Part shown: positions 58,251 to 64,000 of the stretch, in pieces | Layout of the letters: every line of letters begins with the position of its first letter | Position numbering within the stretch: position 1 is the first letter of the stretch | NCBI GenBank assembly: GCA_902795355.1 | Contig: CADBKZ010000002.1 | Location: forward strand, 62,236 to 126,235 | Direction: 5' to 3' | Length of the DNA stretch: 64,000 nucleotides | Source of the DNA: an uncultured Ruminococcus sp. | GTDB taxonomy: Bacteria > Bacillota > Clostridia > Oscillospirales > CAG-272 | Notes under the pieces: model-generated | What the model was told of the DNA's origin: nothing | Databases searched by the model: none | Seen by the model: the letters and a program-made list of their open reading frames with translations, nothing else | Program-made: the position numbers and the translations under genes

Positions 58251-58291
58251 AAAAAGGAAAGCCCTCTTCCTTTGCGGGAAAAGGGCTTTCC
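58251..58291 (-). terminator. Terminator after prfC
   Basis: On the minus strand, ggaaagccc...gggctttcc stem followed by ttttt. Confidence 0.75.
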
Positions 58292-58336
58292 GGCGGGCGG
58301 TTTCAGGCAATGTATCGGAATTGCGCGGCATTGCCT

Positions 58337-59920
58337 TTATTTTCCGAACTCGACCAATTCAAGGTTCGGGTTATCCTCGAGCGTGTGCGAAACCTGCCAC
58401 TCGGTGTTGAACAGCAGAAAATCGCGCCCGCGGAAATCCCGCACCCACTTTACGCCGAACAGGTGGAGCTTTTGCGGGTCGGCGCCGTTGGAAACGCGGC
58501 GGATATATTGGTAGGACTGCGGGTACTGCTTGTAGGTAACGCCGTACTCGGACTTCATGCGCGATTCCAGCACGTCGAATTGCAGGGTTCCCACCACGCC
58601 CACATACACGCGCTCCAAGCCGCCGTTCGGCTCGGTAAAGATCTGAATGGCACCCTCTTGGGCAATCTGGTTCATTCCTTTGGCAAACTGCTTGCGCTTC
58701 ATGCTGTCGATCTGCTCGACCATGATGAAACATTCGGGCGCGAACGTGGGAATCCCCTCGAATTTTACCCGATGCCCCTTGGCGCAAACCGTATCCCCGA
58801 TGGAAAACACCCCGGGGTCGAACACGCCGATGATGTCGCCCGCGTAGGCCTCGGTAATGCCCGCGCGCTCCTGCGCCATCATCTGTTGGGGCTGGGAGAG
58901 CTTGATCTCCTTGCCCGCCTGCACGTGGTAGTATTCCGCGTCCCGCTCGAATTTGCCCGAAACGATGCGCAAAAAGGCAATGCGGTCACGGTGCGCCTTG
59001 TTCATGTTGGCCTGAATTTTGAACACGAACGCCGAAAAGTCGGGCGAGAACGGGTCAACGGTCTCCTCTTCGGTCACGCGCGGCAAGGGAGAGGTGGTCA
59101 TCTTCAAAAAATGTTCCAGAAAGAACTCCACGCCGAAGTTGTTGAGCGCCGAGCCGAAGAACACGGGGCTCAATTTTCCCTCGCGCACCTTTTCAAGGTC
59201 AAAATCGAAGGACGCGCCGTCCAACAGCTCCACCTGCCCCACCAACTCCTCGCGGGCGTAGGAACCGATCAGGGCGTCCAGCTTTTCGGCGTCGTTGATG
59301 TCGCAATCAATCGAGGCCAAGCGGTCGCGGCCGCGGTGCGCGTCGCCGAACGCGAGAATCTTATGCCCTTCTCGGTCGTAAACGCCTTTGAAGCCCACCC
59401 CGCACCCGATGGGCCAATTCATGGGGTAGGTGCCGATTCCGAATTCCTTTTCCAGCTCGTCAATCAGGTCGAACGGGTCGCGGGCTTCGTGGTCGAGCTT
59501 GTTGATAAACGTAAAAATCGGAATATGGCGCATGGCGCAAACCTTAAAGAGCTTGCGCGTTTGCGGCTCGATGCCCTTTGCCGCGTCAATCACCATCACC
59601 GCGCTGTCCGCGGCCATCAGCGTCCGGTAGGTGTCCTCGGAGAAGTCCTGATGCCCCGGGGTATCCAGAATGTTGATGCAGTAGCCCTCGTACTCAAACT
59701 GCATCACCGAAGAGGTAATGGAAATTCCCCTTTTCTTTTCCATTTCCATCCAATCCGAAACCGCGTGGCGGTCGGAAGCCTTGCCCTTGACCGAGCCGGC
59801 GGTCTGAATGGCGCCGCCGTAAAGCAGAAACTTTTCGGTCAGCGTGGTTTTGCCCGCGTCGGGGTGGGAGATAATGGCAAAAGTGCGGCGGCGGTTGATT
59901 TGCTGTTGAATATCGTTCAC
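58337..59920 (-). CDS. prfC: Peptide chain release factor 3
   Basis: 527 aa. RRTFAIISHPDAGKTTLTEKFLLYGGAIQ, DTPGHQDF, NKLD. Confidence 0.95.
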   Translation of the reverse strand: MNDIQQQINRRRTFAIISHPDAGKTTLTEKFLLYGGAIQTAGSVKGKASDRHAVSDWMEMEKKRGISITSSVMQFEYEGYCINILDTPGHQDFSEDTYRTLMAADSAVMVIDAAKGIEPQTRKLFKVCAMRHIPIFTFINKLDHEARDPFDLIDELEKEFGIGTYPMNWPIGCGVGFKGVYDREGHKILAFGDAHRGRDRLASIDCDINDAEKLDALIGSYAREELVGQVELLDGASFDFDLEKVREGKLSPVFFGSALNNFGVEFFLEHFLKMTTSPLPRVTEEETVDPFSPDFSAFVFKIQANMNKAHRDRIAFLRIVSGKFERDAEYYHVQAGKEIKLSQPQQMMAQERAGITEAYAGDIIGVFDPGVFSIGDTVCAKGHRVKFEGIPTFAPECFIMVEQIDSMKRKQFAKGMNQIAQEGAIQIFTEPNGGLERVYVGVVGTLQFDVLESRMKSEYGVTYKQYPQSYQYIRRVSNGADPQKLHLFGVKWVRDFRGRDFLLFNTEWQVSHTLEDNPNLELVEFGK

Positions 59921-60171
59921 GTTCGGTTCCTCGTCTGTTCGTCAATCATACGCTTATTATTATAGCAATCCCGCGCGGATTTTGCAAGTGGTTTTCGCAA
60001 AAAACCGCTTTTTCGGGATTTTCCCGCATTTTGTCGAAGGATTTTCGACGTCAAAATGGGAGAATTTTCAAAAAAGGACTATACAAAAAGTGAATTTCAT
60101 GATATAATAATAGATATCTACCGAATGATTCGGGGAGCGAAACGGCTTGCGCGCCGCTCCCTTTGCGAAGG

Positions 60172-61074
60172 ATGAATGTGATCATGCAACCGAAAAAACC
60201 ACAATGGAACCGCTCCGAACCCCGCTCCGACCGCCCGCGCGACAACCGCGCCGCTCTCAAAAAGGAGCCGCCGTACCACGCGCCGCGGGAACGTTCCGCA
60301 CGCGAGGCGGATGATCCCTCGGGGATCCACGGAGATTATGAAAACGGCGCGGTGATCGGCCGCAGCGCGGTTCGCGAACTGCTGCGCGGCGAACGGACCG
60401 TGGACAAGCTCTTGGTGCAAAAGGGCGAGCGCACCGGTTCCATCGTGGTATTGGTCGCCGAGGCGATCGAGCGCGGGATTCCCGTTGTGGAAGCCGAAAA
60501 AGCAAAACTCGACGCCATTGCGGGGTTTGCCCCGCACCAAGGCGTAATCGCCTTTGCCGCCGAAAAGGAATACTGCACGGTCGAGGACATTCTCGCCCTT
60601 GCCGAGGCGCGCGGCGAGCCTCCTTTGATCGTTCTTTGCGACGGCGTGACCGACCCCTACAACCTCGGCGCGATCATCCGCTGCGCCGAATGCTGCGGCG
60701 CGCACGGGCTGATTATTCCGAAGCGGCGGGCCGCGGGGCTGACCCCGCTTGTTACCAAGGCCTCGGCCGGCGCGCTCGAGCACCTCGCCGTTGCAAAAGT
60801 TGCAAACATCGCCGCCACCGCGGAAGCCCTGAAAAAGCGCGGCGTTTGGGTTTACGCCGCCGAAGCGGACGGAACCAGCCTCTATGAAACCGACCTGACC
60901 GGCCCCTGCGCCATTGTAATGGGGAGCGAGGGCGACGGGGTCTCGCAGATCGTGCGCAAGACCTGCGACGGGGTGATCTCCATCCCGCTTTACGGAAAGG
61001 TCAACTCTTTCAACGTTTCCACCGCCGCCGCCGTAATCCTCGCGGAAGCGGCGCGCCAACACCACAAGACATGA
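60172..61074 (+). CDS. rlmB: 23S rRNA (guanosine-2'-O)-methyltransferase RlmB (SpoU/TrmH family)
   Basis: Basic N-terminal extension, then GRSAVRELL..., DGVTDPYNLGAIIRCAECCGAHG, MGSEGDGVS, LNVSTAAAV. Start uncertain (60163, 60172 or 60184). TGATATAAT extended -10 at about 60100. Confidence 0.88.
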   Translation: MNVIMQPKKPQWNRSEPRSDRPRDNRAALKKEPPYHAPRERSAREADDPSGIHGDYENGAVIGRSAVRELLRGERTVDKLLVQKGERTGSIVVLVAEAIERGIPVVEAEKAKLDAIAGFAPHQGVIAFAAEKEYCTVEDILALAEARGEPPLIVLCDGVTDPYNLGAIIRCAECCGAHGLIIPKRRAAGLTPLVTKASAGALEHLAVAKVANIAATAEALKKRGVWVYAAEADGTSLYETDLTGPCAIVMGSEGDGVSQIVRKTCDGVISIPLYGKVNSFNVSTAAAVILAEAARQHHKT

Positions 61075-61114
61075 AGCATACATTTCATTACGCAAAAGAA
61101 AGGAGCGGACGTTT

Positions 61115-64000
61115 ATGAGCGGCAAGCAGGAAAACGAACGGCAGAAAGCCAACGAGCTGTTGCAGCAGCTGCAAGCGGTTTATCTCAACGGCGGCAACGA
61201 CCCCGATGAAGAACCGGCCGAACCGCGCGAAGAGCCGGAAAAGGCCGCACGGAAGCAACCGGAACCGTCGGCTCCCGAAAATCGGTCAAAGCCGGACGGC
61301 GAAGCTCCCGCAGCGGCGAAGCCCACGACCCGACCGACGAAAACCGAAAAGAAACCCGCGCCGCAGCCGCAGAAAAAGCCGGTTGCGTCGGCCGCGCCCG
61401 CCGCGATCCTCGCCCTGACCGAGGAAGCGGTTGCAGCCGAGAGCGCGCCCGAGAAGCCCAAAGAAGGAACTCCCGCGCCCGCCAAACAGCCCGAGGCGCA
61501 AAAAACGCCCGAGGAACCCAAGCCCGCGCCCGCGAAAAAAGAAGCGGTGAAAGCGGCGAAAAACGATTCGCAGGGCACCACCCTGCCGCGCTCGGCTCCA
61601 AGCCCGTTCCTGCGCAAGCCCGAACCGCCCGCCGAGGAACCCAAACCCGCGGCGCAGGCTGCGGCGTCCCCTGCAAAGGAACCGGAGCCGGAAGCGGCGG
61701 AAGCTCCCGCCGCAAAGCCGGAAACGGAGCAAAAGCCGAAAACCCGCCCCAACACCGTAAAAGTCCCGCCGCGCAAGCGGAGCGGCATCAACACGGGCGC
61801 CATCCGCCCGAAAAACGCCCCGCCGCAAGGCGAACCGGTCGTCGCCCCGCCCCGCGCCGAAGCGGAAACGCCGAAGCCCGCGGCGTCGGCCGACCGTTAC
61901 GGCGGAACCGCGATTCCCCGCAGACCCGCCGTTATCGTGATTCCGCCCAGAGAACCGGCGGCGCAGCCCGCGCCCGAAAAGAAACCGGAACCCCCGCAGG
62001 CCAAGCCGACGGTCGCGCCCGCTCCCAAGGCGGAGTCGGTCGCTCCCAAGGCAACCGCGGAACCCGCGCCCAAAGCGGCCGAAACACCCGCCGCGCCCGC
62101 GCCTCGTCCCGAACCCGCGGCAAAAACCGAGCCGATAAAAACCGAGCCGATTCTTGCGAGAACGCCCGAAAAACCCGCGGAGAAACCGGCCGAAAAACCC
62201 GCCGCCAAGGAATCGCCCGCACCCGAACGAAAGCCGGAGCCGCGCCCCGTTTCCCGCGTGGTGGATTTCGACGGCCGCCCCACGGTGGAGCCGATTGAAA
62301 ACGTGGAAGCCGCCGAAACGGTCAGCGAGCCGTCCAAGAAAAAGCAGGCGACCCTGCTCCGCCGCACCAAGCGGCAGAAAAAGGCCGAAGAAGGGCTTGA
62401 CGCCACCGCGATTATCGCCAAACGCACGGGGCTTGACGAAAGCGACATTGCCCTGATCTTTGAACTCGGCTACGAAAACGAACTCGGCCGTTTGGTGGGA
62501 TACGAAACGCTGAAAAAGCTGAAATACGAGCATTTGCGCTCCTCGCGCGCGGATACGAGCGACTACTACTCGCAGGCGTTCGGCTACCGCGGCAAAGAAT
62601 ATACTTCCGCAACCCCCCGCGAGCAGGTGCTGGCCGCGTATGTTCACGACCGGCGCAACCTGATCCTGCGCATCGCGCTGACGGCGTTGCTCTGCGTGGT
62701 CCTCTTCATTGCCGATTTTCCGACCCTGCTCGGCGGCGTGTTCCCGACCTATGCCGCGAAGCTCCCGTTCCTGTTCCCGTCGGTCGGTTTCGTTCTGTTC
62801 TGCGCGGTCGTTCTGCTGACCCGCCGACGCATCGTTGCCGGTTGGCGCGCGTTCCTGCGCTTTGCCCCCTCGCCCTATTCGGCGGTTTCGGTTGCCGTTC
62901 CGCTGATGCTGCTTTACGGCGTTGCCGCGATTATTGACGCGCGGGCGGGTACGCTGCTGCCCATGAACTTTGCCGCCGGACTTTCCCTGCTCGCGCTGAC
63001 GGTTTGCGACGCCGTTCGCATTGCGGACGAGATCCGCACGTTCCGCGTGATCTCCGAGGTCGGCGACAAAACCGTGCTTGAAGAATCCGAACCCCGCAAG
63101 AAGAAACTGCGCCAAGGCAACCGCACGGTGAAGATCCTCAACGACGAAGCCGGCGAACGCCTCTACCGCGTGCGCCCCACGCATGAAATCGTCGGGTTCT
63201 TCCGCCGCGTAAACGACCTTTCCGCCGCGTCCGCGCCCTTTACGCACTTTACCGTGTTTTTGCTGGCCTGCGCCGCGGCAAGCGGAATTGCCGCTTCCCT
63301 GATCCTCGACAACCCGATCAAAGGCGTTCTCGTTGCCGCCGCAACGCTGATGTTCTCGGTCCCCGTTTCGGCAACGTGGCTCTTCTTTGACCCCTTGCGC
63401 CGCGCCAACCGCCGCCTGATCTCGCGCCGCTCGGTGCTGGTGGGAGAAGGGTCCGTAAACGAATACAGCGGCAAAAAAACCGTTATTTTCAACGATACCG
63501 AAACCTTCAAGGCCAAGCGGCAAACGCAGATCGCCGTTCGCGACGGCGACGATTTCCGCCGCGACCTGCGGCTGGCGGGAATCCTCTTCCGCAAACTCGG
63601 CGGAACGCTTGCCACCGTTGGAACGGCCGTTGCGGAAAAGGACGAGCCGGATCCAACCGTCAACCTGATCCGCCTGACCGAAACCGGCGTGGAAGCGTTG
63701 GTGGAAAACCGCTACCGGCTTCTGGCGGGCGACTCCTCGTTCCTGACGCACAGCGGCGTGGACGTTCCCAAGGAATCCACCGACCGCTCGGCCATCCGCT
63801 CCCGCGGCGTCAGCATTCTGTATGTGGCCGTTAACGGAACGCTCAAACTGACCTACGAAATTTCCTACACCATGAGCCATTCGTTCCGCGACGTGATCGC
63901 CCTGCTCGCGCAGACCGAAACCACCCTTGCGGTACAATCCTACGACCCCAACCTCAACGACGCGTTCCTGCACGTCGGGTTTGCCGACGGGGACGAGGTG
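61115..64000 (+). CDS. P1B-type-ATPase-like membrane protein with degenerate catalytic motifs and a roughly 440-aa Pro/Ala/Glu/Lys-rich N-terminal region (3' end beyond window; absent from ORF track)
   Basis: Own translation from ATG 61115 (AAGGAG RBS): MSGKQENERQKANELLQQLQ..., long PAEK-rich tract, TM helices from about aa 505, then SVPVSATW (CPC position) and KTVIFNDTETF (DKTGT position, 63488-63508). Frame stays open to base 64000. Confidence 0.8.
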   Translation, partial: MSGKQENERQKANELLQQLQAVYLNGGNDPDEEPAEPREEPEKAARKQPEPSAPENRSKPDGEAPAAAKPTTRPTKTEKKPAPQPQKKPVASAAPAAILALTEEAVAAESAPEKPKEGTPAPAKQPEAQKTPEEPKPAPAKKEAVKAAKNDSQGTTLPRSAPSPFLRKPEPPAEEPKPAAQAAASPAKEPEPEAAEAPAAKPETEQKPKTRPNTVKVPPRKRSGINTGAIRPKNAPPQGEPVVAPPRAEAETPKPAASADRYGGTAIPRRPAVIVIPPREPAAQPAPEKKPEPPQAKPTVAPAPKAESVAPKATAEPAPKAAETPAAPAPRPEPAAKTEPIKTEPILARTPEKPAEKPAEKPAAKESPAPERKPEPRPVSRVVDFDGRPTVEPIENVEAAETVSEPSKKKQATLLRRTKRQKKAEEGLDATAIIAKRTGLDESDIALIFELGYENELGRLVGYETLKKLKYEHLRSSRADTSDYYSQAFGYRGKEYTSATPREQVLAAYVHDRRNLILRIALTALLCVVLFIADFPTLLGGVFPTYAAKLPFLFPSVGFVLFCAVVLLTRRRIVAGWRAFLRFAPSPYSAVSVAVPLMLLYGVAAIIDARAGTLLPMNFAAGLSLLALTVCDAVRIADEIRTFRVISEVGDKTVLEESEPRKKKLRQGNRTVKILNDEAGERLYRVRPTHEIVGFFRRVNDLSAASAPFTHFTVFLLACAAASGIAASLILDNPIKGVLVAAATLMFSVPVSATWLFFDPLRRANRRLISRRSVLVGEGSVNEYSGKKTVIFNDTETFKAKRQTQIAVRDGDDFRRDLRLAGILFRKLGGTLATVGTAVAEKDEPDPTVNLIRLTETGVEALVENRYRLLAGDSSFLTHSGVDVPKESTDRSAIRSRGVSILYVAVNGTLKLTYEISYTMSHSFRDVIALLAQTETTLAVQSYDPNLNDAFLHVGFADGDEV

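Noticed and set aside
61286-63973. 895-aa minus-strand ORF
   Set aside because: It is Arg/Gly-rich low-complexity sequence antisense to the plus-strand P-type-ATPase-like frame, which has an RBS, TM helices and recognisable though degenerate family architecture. The plus-strand gene is missing from the track only because it has no stop in the window.

Overview
High-GC, Firmicutes/Clostridia-style chromosomal segment; the taxon is inferred from T-box leaders, TTGACA-N17-TATAAT promoters, and YtvI, DUF1292 and DUF512-der-obg type genes. All calls come from reading the sequence and the ORF track by hand, with no database or RNA-model search. Start codons were chosen from RBS context and may be off by a few codons.

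Most of the window is housekeeping: pyrG, hemW, obg, der, prfB, prfC, rlmB, manA, gdhA and a YhaO/YhaN-like nuclease/ATPase pair. Many long ORFs in the track are antisense shadows of real genes. Two real genes are missing from the track because they run off the window: an ABC ATPase at 1-807 (-) and a P-type-ATPase-like gene at 61115-64000 (+).

The strongest candidate for a new system is 33.7-44.7 kb.
- It has two consecutive promoter plus T-box leaders. My hand fold gives Ile (AUC) and Val (GUA) specifiers.
- Each leader drives a paralogous fusion of an XRE-HTH and cupin domain to a medium-chain acyl-CoA synthetase.
- These are followed, tightly coupled, by a P-loop NTPase, MetY, a four-subunit VorB-type 2-oxoacid:ferredoxin oxidoreductase and IlvE, with gdhA next.
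- I read this as a tRNA-charging-gated route from branched-chain fatty acids to branched-chain amino acids.

Other notable items:
- a COG0523/CobW metallochaperone carrying five in-frame 90-93 bp His/Asp/Cys repeats, paired with a degenerate COG0523-DUF1980 fusion
- an AT-rich four-gene islet (XRE regulator plus three small membrane proteins, one a glycine zipper) between two convergent terminators
- an AT-rich membrane-anchored HNH nuclease appended to a native operon
- an orphan extended MazF
- a P-type ATPase homolog with degenerate catalytic motifs and a roughly 440-aa low-complexity N-terminus
- a frameshifted cyclophilin
- several families of GC-rich hairpin repeats
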